DNA from: a virus | Taxonomy: Duplodnaviria; Heunggongvirae; Uroviricota; Caudoviricetes | Direction: 5' to 3' (one strand) | Length of the DNA: 37,959 bases | IMG/VR virus record: IMGVR_UViG_2541047683_000006 | Span: 1 to 37,959 of that record | In this document: in pieces, positions 15,752-25,203 of the stretch | Layout of the letters: each line of letters starts with the position of its first letter | Numbering within the stretch: the stretch's first letter is position 1 | Notes under the pieces: generated by a model | What the model was told of the DNA's origin: nothing | Database searches by the model: none | Seen by the model: only the letters and a program-made list of their open reading frames with translations | Made by a program: the position numbers and the translations under genes

Positions 15752-17481
15752 GCCGGAAATCTTACCCCAACGTAAATGCTGCCAATCAGTATGCCCGTGA
15801 TGTCGTGCACGGAAAGATTGTGGCCTGCCAGTTTGTGATTCAGGCCTGCCAGCGCCATCTTGATGACCTGATGGAGGAAAAAAGTAAGTCGTTTCGTTAC
15901 CGCTTCGACAAGGACCTGGCTGAACGGGCCGCGAAATTTATTCAGCTGTTGCCGCACACCAAGGGTGAGTGGGCATTTAAGAGGATGCCCATCACGCTGG
16001 AGCCGTGGCAGCTCTTTGTGATCTGCTGCGCGTTTGGCTGGGTCAATAAAGGCTCCCGGCTGCGCCGCTTCCGTGAGGTGTATACCGAAATCCCCCGTAA
16101 GAACGGCAAATCGGCAATCTCTGCCGGTGTCGCCCTGTATTGTTTTGCCTGTGATAACGAGTTCGGCGCGGAAGTGTATTCCGGTGCCACGACGGAGAAA
16201 CAGGCATGGGAAGTCTTTCGTCCGGCAAGACTGATGTGTAAACGCACACCCATGCTGACGGAAGCGTTCGGGATTGAGGTTAACGCCTCAAACATGAACC
16301 GTCCGGAGGATGGTGCGCGTTTTGAACCGCTGATCGGTAACCCCGGTGATGGTTCATCACCCCACTGTGCCGTGGTGGATGAATATCACGAGCACGCCAC
16401 AGATGCGCTTTACACCACGATGCTTACCGGGATGGGGGCGCGACGTCAGCCACTGATGTGGGCTATCACTACCGCCGGGTACAACATTGAGGGGCCGTGC
16501 TACGACAAACGGCGGGAAGTCATCGAGATGCTCAACGGCTCGGTGCCTAACGATGAACTGTTCGGGATCATCTATACCGTTGATGAAGGTGACGACTGGA
16601 CCGACCCGCAGGTGCTGGAAAAAGCCAACCCGAATATCGGGGTGTCGGTTTACCGTGAGTTTTTGTTAAGTCAGCAACAGCGTGCGAAAAATAACGCCCG
16701 TCTGGCAAACGTCTTTAAAACAAAACACCTCAATATCTGGGTGTCGGCGCGTTCGGCGTATTTCAACCTGGTGAGCTGGCAGAGCTGCGAGGATAAATCA
16801 CTGACCCTTGAGCAGTTCGAGGGGCAGCCGTGCATTCTGGCCTTTGACCTGGCGCGTAAGCTGGATATGAACAGCATGGCGCGACTTTATACCCGCGAGA
16901 TTGACGGTAAAACGCATTACTACAGTGTGGCCCCGCGTTTCTGGGTACCGTATGACACGGTGTACAGCGTCGAGAAAAATGAAGATCGACGGACAGCCGA
17001 ACGCTTTCAGAAATGGGTGGAAATGGGCGTTCTGACCGTTACCGATGGTGCGGAGGTGGATTATCGCTACATCCTCGAGGAGGCCAAAGCGGCGAACAAA
17101 ATCAGCCCGGTCAGTGAGTCACCCATCGACCCCTTCGGGGCGACCGGGTTGTCACATGACCTTGCTGATGAAGACCTGAACCCCATCACTATCATTCAGA
17201 ACTACACCAACATGTCCGACCCGATGAAAGAGCTGGAAGCGGCAATTGAATCGGGGCGCTTTCATCATGATGGCAATCCCATCATGACCTGGTGTATCGG
17301 TAACGTGGTCGGCAAAACCATTCCGGGTAACGATGATGTGGTGAAGCCCGTCAAAGAGCAGGCGGAAAACAAAATCGATGGTGCAGTTGCGCTGATTATG
17401 GCGGTTGGCAGAGCCATGCTGTACGAGAAAGAAGACACGCTGTCTGACCACATTGAGTCCTATGGGATCCGCTCGCTTTAA
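15748..17481 (+). CDS. Terminase large subunit
   Basis: 577 aa, immediately after TerS; size and sequence character consistent with Terminase_1-type large subunits. Confidence 0.85.
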
Positions 17482-17492
17482 CTGAGGTAATT

Positions 17493-17675
17493 ATGATCAT
17501 GCTGATTCTCGCGCCTCTGGTGGGCGTGCTGGGGGCGCTTTTGCTGGCGTATGGTGCCTGGCTGATTTATCCCCCGGCGGGGTTTGTTGTTGCCGGGGCG
17601 TTGTGCCTGTTCTGGTCGTGGCTGGTGGCGCGATATCTCGACCGTACACAGTCGTCTGTCGGCGGAGGTAAATAG
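17493..17675 (+). CDS. Hypothetical small membrane protein (60 aa)
   Basis: ATG with SD GAGGT; two hydrophobic segments; sits between the terminase and portal genes. Confidence 0.4.
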
Positions 17676-18916
17676 TGTTCTTTTCGGGATTATTTCAACG
17701 AAAAAGTGACGCACCGGTGACCACGCCAGCAGAGCTGGCGGATGCTATCGGGTTGTCCTACGACACCTATACCGGAAAGCAGATCAGCAGCCAGCGGGCC
17801 ATGCGACTGACGGCGGTTTTTTCCTGTGTCAGGGTGCTGGCGGAGTCGGTCGGGATGTTGCCCTGCAACCTGTATCACCTGAACGGCAGCCTGAAGCAGA
17901 GAGCCACCGGCGAACGTCTGCATAAGCTGCTCTCCACGCATCCCAATGGCTATATGACGCCGCAGGAGTTCTGGGAGCTGGTGGTCACCTGTCTGTGCCT
18001 GCGGGGAAACTTTTACGCCTACAAAGTGAAAGCATTTGGCGAAGTGGCTGAACTGCTGCCCGTCGATCCCGGCTGTGTGGTACCGAAGCTTAACAGTAGC
18101 TGGGAGCCGGTCTATCAGGTCACATTCCCGGATGGCTCCACGGATGTACTGAGCCAGGAGGATATCTGGCATGTGCGCACGCTGACGCTGGACGGACTGG
18201 TGGGGCTGAATCCCATCGCCTATGCCCGCGAGGCAATATCGCTGGCGGCAGCGACCGAAGAGCACGGGGCCAGACTGTTCAGCAATGGCGCGGTGACGTC
18301 GGGTGTGTTGCGTACAGAGCAGACGCTGTCAGATCAGGCTTACGAGCGCCTGAAGAAAGATTTTGAGGAGCGTCACACCGGGCTTGGCAATGCTCACCGC
18401 CCGATGATCCTTGAGATGGGGCTGGACTGGAAGTCGATGGCGCTGAACGCCGAGGACAGCCAGTTCCTGGAAACCCGCAAGTTTCAGCTTGAAGAAATCT
18501 GTCGTCTGTTCCGGGTGCCGTTGCACATGGTGCAGAACACCGATCGCGCCACCTTCAACAATATCGAAGAGCTGGGGCTGGGATTTATCAACTATTCACT
18601 GGTGCCGTATCTGACCCGCATCGAACAGCGGATCAACACCGGACTGGTACGAAAAAGTAAGCAGGGCGTTTATTACGCCAAATTTAACGCCGGGGCGTTA
18701 CTGCGCGGGGATATGAAGTCCCGTTTTGAAGCCTACGCCACCGGGATCAACTGGGGAATTTACTCTCCCAATGACTGCCGCGACCTGGAAGATATGAATC
18801 CACGACCCGGTGGTGATGTCTATCTCACACCGATGAACATGACCACGAAACCCTCCGATGGCAGTAAAGCCGGTAAGCAGAAGGATAACGCCAATGCAGA
18901 CGAAACAACGTCTTGA
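17675..18916 (+). CDS. Portal protein (HK97 family)
   Basis: 413 aa, GTG start with SD GGAGG; position after TerL and before the prohead protease. Confidence 0.8.
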   Translation: MFFSGLFQRKSDAPVTTPAELADAIGLSYDTYTGKQISSQRAMRLTAVFSCVRVLAESVGMLPCNLYHLNGSLKQRATGERLHKLLSTHPNGYMTPQEFWELVVTCLCLRGNFYAYKVKAFGEVAELLPVDPGCVVPKLNSSWEPVYQVTFPDGSTDVLSQEDIWHVRTLTLDGLVGLNPIAYAREAISLAAATEEHGARLFSNGAVTSGVLRTEQTLSDQAYERLKKDFEERHTGLGNAHRPMILEMGLDWKSMALNAEDSQFLETRKFQLEEICRLFRVPLHMVQNTDRATFNNIEELGLGFINYSLVPYLTRIEQRINTGLVRKSKQGVYYAKFNAGALLRGDMKSRFEAYATGINWGIYSPNDCRDLEDMNPRPGGDVYLTPMNMTTKPSDGSKAGKQKDNANADETTS

Positions 18917-19544
18917 TGTACCGCTGAGTCTGAAATCTGTCAGTGACTCCGGTGAGTTTGAAGGGTATGGCTCCGTCTTTGGTGTAAAGGACAGCCACGA
19001 TGATGTGGTGATGTCCGGGGCATTTGCTGCTTCCCTGCGGGCGTGGAGTGACAGAAAAGCGTTACCTGCGCTGCTCTGGCAGCACCGCATGGATGAACCC
19101 ATCGGTGTTTACACTGAAATGAAGGAAGACGATGTCGGGCTTTACGTCAGGGGACGGTTGCTTATTGATGATGATCCCCTCGCAAAACGCGCACATGCAC
19201 ACATGAAGGCCGGTTCGTTAACCGGCCTTTCTATTGGGTACGTCCTGAAAGACTGGGAATACGACCGGAGCAAAGAAGCCTTTCTGCTGAAAGAAATCGA
19301 CCTCTGGGAAGTCAGCCTGGTGACGTTCCCGTCTAACGACGAGGCGCGGATCAGCGACGTCAAGAACGCACTGGCCCGCGGGGAAATCCCCGAACAGAAA
19401 AAAATCGAAAGAGTCCTGCGTGATGTCGGACTCTCCCGTACCCAGGCCAAAGCATTCATGGCCGGGGGCTATGGCGCACTGTCCCTGCGCGACGCTGAGG
19501 ATGTGGGCTCTGCACTGAATGCACTGAAAAATCTGAACTTCTAA
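18894..19544 (+). CDS. Prohead protease (HK97 family, S78)
   Basis: N-terminal EGYGSVFGVKDSHDDVVMSGAF is typical of HK97-type prohead proteases; ATG 18894 preferred over 18858 because of a better SD. Confidence 0.75.
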   Translation: MQTKQRLDVPLSLKSVSDSGEFEGYGSVFGVKDSHDDVVMSGAFAASLRAWSDRKALPALLWQHRMDEPIGVYTEMKEDDVGLYVRGRLLIDDDPLAKRAHAHMKAGSLTGLSIGYVLKDWEYDRSKEAFLLKEIDLWEVSLVTFPSNDEARISDVKNALARGEIPEQKKIERVLRDVGLSRTQAKAFMAGGYGALSLRDAEDVGSALNALKNLNF

Positions 19545-19558
19545 TCAGGAGAAATACG

Positions 19559-20764
19559 ATGGCGGTTGATATTAAAGATGTCGAACAGGTCGCGCAGGAG
19601 CTGCAGCAGAAGTTTGACGACTTCAAAGCAAAGAACGACAAGCGCGTGGATGCGATTGAGCAGGAAAAAGGCAAGCTTGCCGGGCAGGTGGAAACCCTGA
19701 ACGGGAAACTCAGCGAGCTGGAAAACCTCAAAAGCGATCTTGAAAAAGAGCTGCTTGAGCTGAAACGTCCGGCAGGTGGTGCGCAAAATAAACTGGCCAC
19801 CGAGCATAAAGAAGCGTTTGTGGGCTTCCTGCGTAAAGGCCGTGAAGATGGTCTGCGCGATCTGGAGCGCAAGGCATTACAGGTGGGCACCGATGAAGAC
19901 GGCGGCTATGCCGTGCCGGAAGCACTGGATCGCAACATTCTCACCCTGCTGAAAGATGAAGTGGTGATGCGCCAGGAAGCCACGGTGATCACCGTTGGTG
20001 GTTCCGACTACAAAAAACTGGTGAATCTGGGCGGCACGGCTTCCGGATGGGTTGGCGAGACTGACGCGCGCTCCCAGACTGCCACCTCAAAACTGGGCCT
20101 GATTGAACCTTTCATGGGGGAAATCTACGGTAACCCGCAGGCCACCCAGAAAATGCTGGATGATGCCTTTTTCAACGTGGAAGCATGGATCAACAGCGAG
20201 CTGGCAACCGAATTTGCCGAACAGGAAGAAATTGCCTTTACCACCGGCGATGGTACCAAGAAGCCGAAAGGGTTCCTGGCGTATGAATCCACGGATGAAA
20301 CCGATAAGGTCCGGGCGTTCGGCAAACTTCAGCATATTGTATCCGGCGACGCGACGGCGGTGACCGCAGACGCCATTATCAAACTGATTTACACGCTGCG
20401 TAAGGCACACCGCACAGGCGCGAAGTTCATGATGAACAACAACAGCCTGTTTGCCATCCGTCTGCTGAAAGACAGCGAGGGTAACTATCTGTGGCGTCCG
20501 GGGCTGGAGCTGGGGCAGCCGTCCTCTCTGGCGGGTTACGGTATCGCTGAAAACGAACAGATGCCGGATATCGCCGCTGATGCGAAAGCCATTGCATTTG
20601 GTAACTTCAAACGGGGTTACACCATCGTTGACCGTATCGGCACCCGCATTCTGCGTGACCCGTACACCAATAAACCGTTTGTCGGTTTTTATACCACCAA
20701 ACGCACCGGCGGCATGCTGGTCGATTCGCAGGCCATCAAACTGCTGAAGATTGCAGTGGCGTAA
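19559..20764 (+). CDS. Major capsid protein (HK97 fold) with N-terminal scaffolding-like coiled-coil delta domain
   Basis: 401 aa; the first ~100 aa are coiled-coil rich (scaffold-like), as in HK97 gp5; follows the protease. Confidence 0.8.
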   Translation: MAVDIKDVEQVAQELQQKFDDFKAKNDKRVDAIEQEKGKLAGQVETLNGKLSELENLKSDLEKELLELKRPAGGAQNKLATEHKEAFVGFLRKGREDGLRDLERKALQVGTDEDGGYAVPEALDRNILTLLKDEVVMRQEATVITVGGSDYKKLVNLGGTASGWVGETDARSQTATSKLGLIEPFMGEIYGNPQATQKMLDDAFFNVEAWINSELATEFAEQEEIAFTTGDGTKKPKGFLAYESTDETDKVRAFGKLQHIVSGDATAVTADAIIKLIYTLRKAHRTGAKFMMNNNSLFAIRLLKDSEGNYLWRPGLELGQPSSLAGYGIAENEQMPDIAADAKAIAFGNFKRGYTIVDRIGTRILRDPYTNKPFVGFYTTKRTGGMLVDSQAIKLLKIAVA

Positions 20765-20770
20765 TCACTC

Positions 20771-20792
20771 AGGGGCGCGGAACCGCGCCCCT
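20771..20792 (+). other. Perfect 10-bp inverted repeat immediately after the capsid gene (stem-loop)
   Basis: aggggcgcgg-aa-ccgcgcccct; no T-run, so probably an RNA-stabilising or attenuating hairpin rather than a full terminator. Confidence 0.5.
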
Positions 20793-20812
20793 GTTCTGAC
20801 GGGTGAAGAATC

Positions 20813-21013
20813 ATGATCCTGAAACAAGATCTGAAATGGTCACCGGACGGTATGCGTGTTGAGGTCATTCGGGCCGGTGAGTATGACGACGGGGCGCTTC
20901 CTGCCCGGGTGCAGGAGATTGCACTTCAGGCCGGGTTAGCAGAGCGCGGAATCAGTGCAAAAAGCAGTAAAGCGGCAAAAGAGAAAAAAGCCACGACCAG
21001 TAAAGAGGGCTGA
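20813..21013 (+). CDS. Hypothetical small head-module protein
   Basis: 66-aa ORF with ATG between the capsid and connector genes; Lys/Ala-rich C-terminus. Confidence 0.35.
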   Translation: MILKQDLKWSPDGMRVEVIRAGEYDDGALPARVQEIALQAGLAERGISAKSSKAAKEKKATTSKEG

Positions 21014-21015
21014 GT

Positions 21016-21339
21016 ATGCTTCTGACAATGGAAGAGATTAAAGCCCAACTCCGGCTGGATGAGGATTTCGATGCTGATGACCGCCATCTGCAACTGCTGG
21101 CCTGTGCGGCACAAAAGCGGACGGAAACGTATCTGAACCGGAAGCTCTATGCACCGGATGAAACCATTCCGGACAGCGATCCGGACGGGCTGCACCTGCC
21201 GGATGATATTCGTCTGGGGATGCTGATGCTTATCAGCCATTTTTACGAAAACCGCTCGTCGGTTACGGAAGTGGAGAAACTCGACATGCCGCAGAGTTTT
21301 GGCTGGCTTGTCGGCCCGTACAGGTACTTTCCGCAATGA
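21016..21339 (+). CDS. Head-tail connector protein
   Basis: 107 aa; N-terminal MLLTMEEIKAQLRLDEDFDADD...; position and size. Confidence 0.6.
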   Translation: MLLTMEEIKAQLRLDEDFDADDRHLQLLACAAQKRTETYLNRKLYAPDETIPDSDPDGLHLPDDIRLGMLMLISHFYENRSSVTEVEKLDMPQSFGWLVGPYRYFPQ

Positions 21340-21746
21340 AAATTCGTCAGGCGCAGACCAGCGCAACCTACATTCTGCCTGACCCAGGCGAGCTGAATAA
21401 ACGCGTCCTGATCCGCCAGCGGGTGGATATGCCCGCGGATAACTTTGGCGTGGAGCCTCAATACCCGGTTGCGTTCCGGGCATGGGCGAAGGTTATCCAG
21501 ACCAGTGCCACCACCTGGCAGGAAACCGCGCAGACTGGAGACGCCATCACCCATTACATCACCATTCGCTACCGCCGGGGGATCACCGCTGATTATGAGG
21601 TGGTCTGCGGTGACAGTGTGTACCGGGTGAAACGTCAGCGCGATCTGAACGGGGCGCGGCGCTTTCTGCTGCTGGAGTGTACGGAACTGGGCGAATTTAC
21701 GCAGAGTCACGGAGGCAGCAATGGCGACTCCCTTTTTTCACGTTGA
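21336..21746 (+). CDS. Head closure / head-tail adaptor protein
   Basis: 136 aa, overlapping neighbours; position between connector and gp10-like gene. Confidence 0.5.
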   Translation: MKIRQAQTSATYILPDPGELNKRVLIRQRVDMPADNFGVEPQYPVAFRAWAKVIQTSATTWQETAQTGDAITHYITIRYRRGITADYEVVCGDSVYRVKRQRDLNGARRFLLLECTELGEFTQSHGGSNGDSLFSR

Positions 21747-22227
21747 TGTTCAGCAGCCCGCGGAGATGCGCTTTAACCGCGCCCGTGTCCGGCGGGCGTT
21801 TGTCACGATTGGGCAGCGTCATATGCGTGATGCCCGTCGGCTGGTGATGCGCCGTGCGCGGTCGGCACCGGGTGAAAATCCCGGTTATCAGACCGGACGT
21901 CTGGCTCGTTCGATTGGTTACATGGTGCCGAGAGCCAGTAAAAAGCGAGCCGGTTTTATGACACGCATTGCCCCTAACCAGCGCAACGGGAAGGGGAACC
22001 GGATGATCTCTGGTGACTTCTATCCGGCGTTTCTGTTTTTTGGTGTCCGGGGAGGAGCAAAACGTCGTCGTAGCCATCATCGTGGTGCATCCGGTGGCAG
22101 CGGCTGGCGGCTGGCTCCACGTAATAACTTTATGGTGGAAACTCTTGAAAAGAACCGCAGCTGGACACGCTATTTTCTGGCGCGGGAATTACGTAAATCA
22201 CTGAAGCCGGAGCGACGACGCAGATGA
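21721..22227 (+). CDS. HK97 gp10-family morphogenesis protein
   Basis: 168 aa, basic; conserved neck-module position. Confidence 0.5.
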   Translation: MATPFFHVDVQQPAEMRFNRARVRRAFVTIGQRHMRDARRLVMRRARSAPGENPGYQTGRLARSIGYMVPRASKKRAGFMTRIAPNQRNGKGNRMISGDFYPAFLFFGVRGGAKRRRSHHRGASGGSGWRLAPRNNFMVETLEKNRSWTRYFLARELRKSLKPERRRR

Positions 22228-22784
22228 AACTGACGCCTGTTATTGCTGCGCTGCGTGCCCGCTGCCCGTATTTTGAAAACCGGGTGGCAGGCGCGGCACA
22301 GTTCAAAAATCTGCCGGAGGTCGGAAAGCTGAGACTCCCGGCGGCGTATGTGGTACCGGGTGATGACTCTCCGGGAGAAAACAAAAGCCAGACCGACTAC
22401 TGGCAGGAGCTGAAAGAGGGCTTCTCCGTGGTTGTCATACTGAGTAACGGGCGTGATGAGCGCGGTCAGTTTGCCTCGTATGATGTGGTGGACGATGTCC
22501 GGCAGATGCTCTTTAAGGCCCTGCTGGGCTGGAACCCGGAAGCGTGCGGTAACCCGATTACCTATGACGGCGGCACGCTGCTGGATCTGAATCGTCATGA
22601 GCTGATTTATCAGTTCGATTTTTCGGTCATCAGCGAGCTGACTGAAGACGATACCCGCCAGCAGGATGACCTGAACAGTCTGGATGAACTGCAAACGCTG
22701 GCGATTGATGTTGATTATCTCGATCCCGGTAACGGGCCTGACGGCGATATCGAACATCACACCGAAATAACCCTTCCTTCCTGA
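22224..22784 (+). CDS. Tail-associated protein (possible tail terminator/completion)
   Basis: 186 aa directly upstream of the DUF2635-like ORF and the sheath gene. Confidence 0.4.
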   Translation: MKLTPVIAALRARCPYFENRVAGAAQFKNLPEVGKLRLPAAYVVPGDDSPGENKSQTDYWQELKEGFSVVVILSNGRDERGQFASYDVVDDVRQMLFKALLGWNPEACGNPITYDGGTLLDLNRHELIYQFDFSVISELTEDDTRQQDDLNSLDELQTLAIDVDYLDPGNGPDGDIEHHTEITLPS

Positions 22785-22792
22785 GAATCTTC

Positions 22793-22963
22793 ATGTTTGT
22801 GAAACCTGTTAAAGGGCGGTCAGTTCCTGACCCTGCCCGCGGCGACCTTTTGCCAGCCGAAGGGCGAAATGTTGACGAGAACAACTACTGGCTGCGCCGT
22901 GAAGCAGCGGGTGATATCCGGCGCGTGAATAAAAAGGTGAATACCGATGACGATAAGCTTTAA
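22793..22963 (+). CDS. Small DUF2635-like protein preceding the tail sheath gene (56 aa; below the ORF-track cut-off)
   Basis: ATG at 22793, stop at 22961-22963; MFVKPVKGRSVPDPARGDLLPAEGRNVDENNYWLRREAAGDIRRV; a short conserved ORF occupies this position in Mu-like tail clusters. Confidence 0.4.
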   Translation: MFVKPVKGRSVPDPARGDLLPAEGRNVDENNYWLRREAAGDIRRVNKKVNTDDDKL

Positions 22964-24443
22964 CACCATTCCGTCGAATACGCTGGTTCCGTTGTTTTAT
23001 GCGGAAATGGATAACCAGGCGGCGAATACTGCACAGGACAGCGGAGCATCGCTGCTGATTGGTCATGCCAATAACGGTGCAGAAATTGTTGCCAACAGTC
23101 TGGTACTGATGCCGTCGGCAGACTATGCCCGCCAGATTTGTGGTGCGGGAAGTCAGCTGGCGCGTATGGTCGAGGCTTATCGCCAGACTGACCCGTTTGG
23201 TGAACTGTATGTGATTGCCGTTCCTGAATCCACAGGCGCGGCGGCAACGGTTACGCTGACGGTGACCGGGGCGGCAACCGAAACCGGCACGGTGAATGTG
23301 TATGTGGGACGTACCCGCGTGCAGGCACCGGTGACCAACGGCGATAACGTCACGATGATTGCCAGTAGTATTCAGGATGCCATCAATGCCGTTCCGACCC
23401 TGCCGTTTACGGCTTCATCTTCGGCAGGCGTGGTCACACTGACCGCGCGTCATAAGGGGCTTTGCGGGAATGAAATTCCTGTCAGCCTCAATTACTACGG
23501 CTTTGGTGGGGGCGAAGTGCTGCCAGCGGGCGTACAGATTGCCGTGGCGACGGGTACCGCCGGAACGGGTGCTCCGGTTCTCACCGGCGCGGTGGCTGCA
23601 ATGGCGGATGAGCCGTTTGATTATATCGGCCTGCCGTTCAACGACACGGCCTCCGTTAACACGCTGGTGACCGAGATGAACGATACCAGCGGTCGCTGGA
23701 GCTATGCGCGTCAGCTGTATGGTCATGTGTATACGGCAAAGATCGGCACGCTGTCAGAACTGGTGACCGCAGGTGACCAGTTTAACCAGCAGCACATTAC
23801 CCTGGCGGGGTACGAAAAAGACACCCAGACGCCTGCCGACGAGCTGGCGGCAAGCCGTACCGCCCGCGCAGCGGTGTTTATCCGCAACGATCCGGCACGT
23901 CCCACGCAGACCGGTGAGCTGGTAGGTATGCTGCCTGCGCCGAAGGGGAAACGGTTCACGATGACCGAGCAGCAGACCCTGCTGTCTCATGGCGTGGCAA
24001 CGGCGTATGTCGAAAGCGGGGTACTGCGCATTCAGCGTGATGTCACCACGTACAGGAAAAACGCTTACGGGGTTGCGGATAACAGCTACCTCGACAGCGA
24101 GACGCTGCATACCAGCGCGTATGTACTGCGCAAACTGAAATCCGTCATTACCAGTAAGTACGGGCGTCACAAGCTTGCCAGTGACGGTACCCGCTTTGGT
24201 CCCGGTCAGGCGATTGTCACCCCGGCGGTGATCAAAGGGGAACTGCTGGCAACCTACCGTCAGCTCGAGCGTGCGGGGATCGTGGAAAACTACGAACTGT
24301 TCAAGCAGTACCTGATTGTGGAGCGTGATGCCAGCGATCCGAACCGCCTGAACACGCTGTTCCCGCCTGACTATGTTAACCAGTTGCGTGTCTTTGCCGT
24401 GGTTAACCAGTTCCGTCTTCAGTATTCAGAGGAGTCTGCATAA
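22947..24443 (+). CDS. Contractile tail sheath protein
   Basis: 498 aa; size and position before the tube gene; begins the Mu-like tail block. Confidence 0.8.
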   Translation: MTISFNTIPSNTLVPLFYAEMDNQAANTAQDSGASLLIGHANNGAEIVANSLVLMPSADYARQICGAGSQLARMVEAYRQTDPFGELYVIAVPESTGAAATVTLTVTGAATETGTVNVYVGRTRVQAPVTNGDNVTMIASSIQDAINAVPTLPFTASSSAGVVTLTARHKGLCGNEIPVSLNYYGFGGGEVLPAGVQIAVATGTAGTGAPVLTGAVAAMADEPFDYIGLPFNDTASVNTLVTEMNDTSGRWSYARQLYGHVYTAKIGTLSELVTAGDQFNQQHITLAGYEKDTQTPADELAASRTARAAVFIRNDPARPTQTGELVGMLPAPKGKRFTMTEQQTLLSHGVATAYVESGVLRIQRDVTTYRKNAYGVADNSYLDSETLHTSAYVLRKLKSVITSKYGRHKLASDGTRFGPGQAIVTPAVIKGELLATYRQLERAGIVENYELFKQYLIVERDASDPNRLNTLFPPDYVNQLRVFAVVNQFRLQYSEESA

Positions 24444-24799
24444 TGGCCCGTATCGGGGGAACCTGTTATTTCAAAATTGACGGTCAGCAGCTATCGCTGA
24501 CCGGCGGCATTGAGGTGCCCATGAACAAAACGGTTAACGATGACATCATCGGTCTGGATGGTTCAGTGGACCGCAAGGAAACTCACCGCGCGCCTTATGT
24601 CAAAGGAACCTTCAAGGTGCCGAAGAATTTTCCGGTGAGCAAAATCACCTCGTCTGATGAGATGACTATCACTGCCGAGCTGGCGAACGGTCAGGTCTAT
24701 GTACTGTCGTCTGCCTGGCTGCACGGCGAAGCGAACCATAATGCCGAAGAAGGCACGGTTGATCTTGAGTTCCACGGTGAAGAAGGGGATTACCAGTGA
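24443..24799 (+). CDS. Tail tube protein
   Basis: 118 aa immediately after the sheath gene. Confidence 0.7.
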   Translation: MARIGGTCYFKIDGQQLSLTGGIEVPMNKTVNDDIIGLDGSVDRKETHRAPYVKGTFKVPKNFPVSKITSSDEMTITAELANGQVYVLSSAWLHGEANHNAEEGTVDLEFHGEEGDYQ

Positions 24800-25119
24800 T
24801 TGAGCTTGTACTTAAAAAACCGATCATCGCCCACAAAGAAACACTGCATGTGCTGGAAATACGTGAGCCTACGTATGACGAGATTGAGGCGCTGGGGTTC
24901 CCTTTCTCTGTTTCGCCTGATGGTGGTATGAAAATGGACAGTCAGGTAGCGCTGAAATATATCCCGCTTCTGGCCGGGATCCCGCGCTCGTCTGCAGCGC
25001 AGATGACGAAGCTGGATATTTTCAAGGCAGGCATGATTGTAATGCGTTTTTTTACCGGCTTGGAGACGGAAGAGACCTCCGGAAGCGATTCTACAATGTC
25101 GCGTGGTTCTGGAAATTAA
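24796..25119 (+). CDS. Tail assembly chaperone (short form), with a probable -1 frameshift extension to 25211
   Basis: 107 aa between the tube and tape-measure genes; slippery run T TTT TTT at 25047-25053; the -1 frame stays open for 53 codons and stops at 25209-25211, overlapping the tape-measure start. Confidence 0.6.
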   Translation: MIELVLKKPIIAHKETLHVLEIREPTYDEIEALGFPFSVSPDGGMKMDSQVALKYIPLLAGIPRSSAAQMTKLDIFKAGMIVMRFFTGLETEETSGSDSTMSRGSGN

Positions 25120-25203
25120 ACCCCCTTGAACTTCGCCGGACGGCTATTTCCCACTTTGCTGATCTGGAGGCAGAGGCCGTCCGTATAAATGAGGAGATGA
25201 AGC

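Noticed and set aside
15517-18265. Long minus-strand ORFs antisense to the terminase and portal genes (15517-15957, 17152-17451, 17690-18265)
   Set aside because: Typical antisense shadow ORFs of GC-rich coding sequence, overlapping strongly supported structural genes
20771-20792. Capsid-downstream 10-bp palindrome considered as an integration or recombination site
   Set aside because: No matching second copy in the window; its position after the most highly expressed structural gene fits an RNA hairpin
22170-23247. Minus-strand ORFs antisense to the neck and sheath genes (22170-22760, 22630-22884, 22960-23247)
   Set aside because: Shadow ORFs with Arg-rich low-complexity products and no SD
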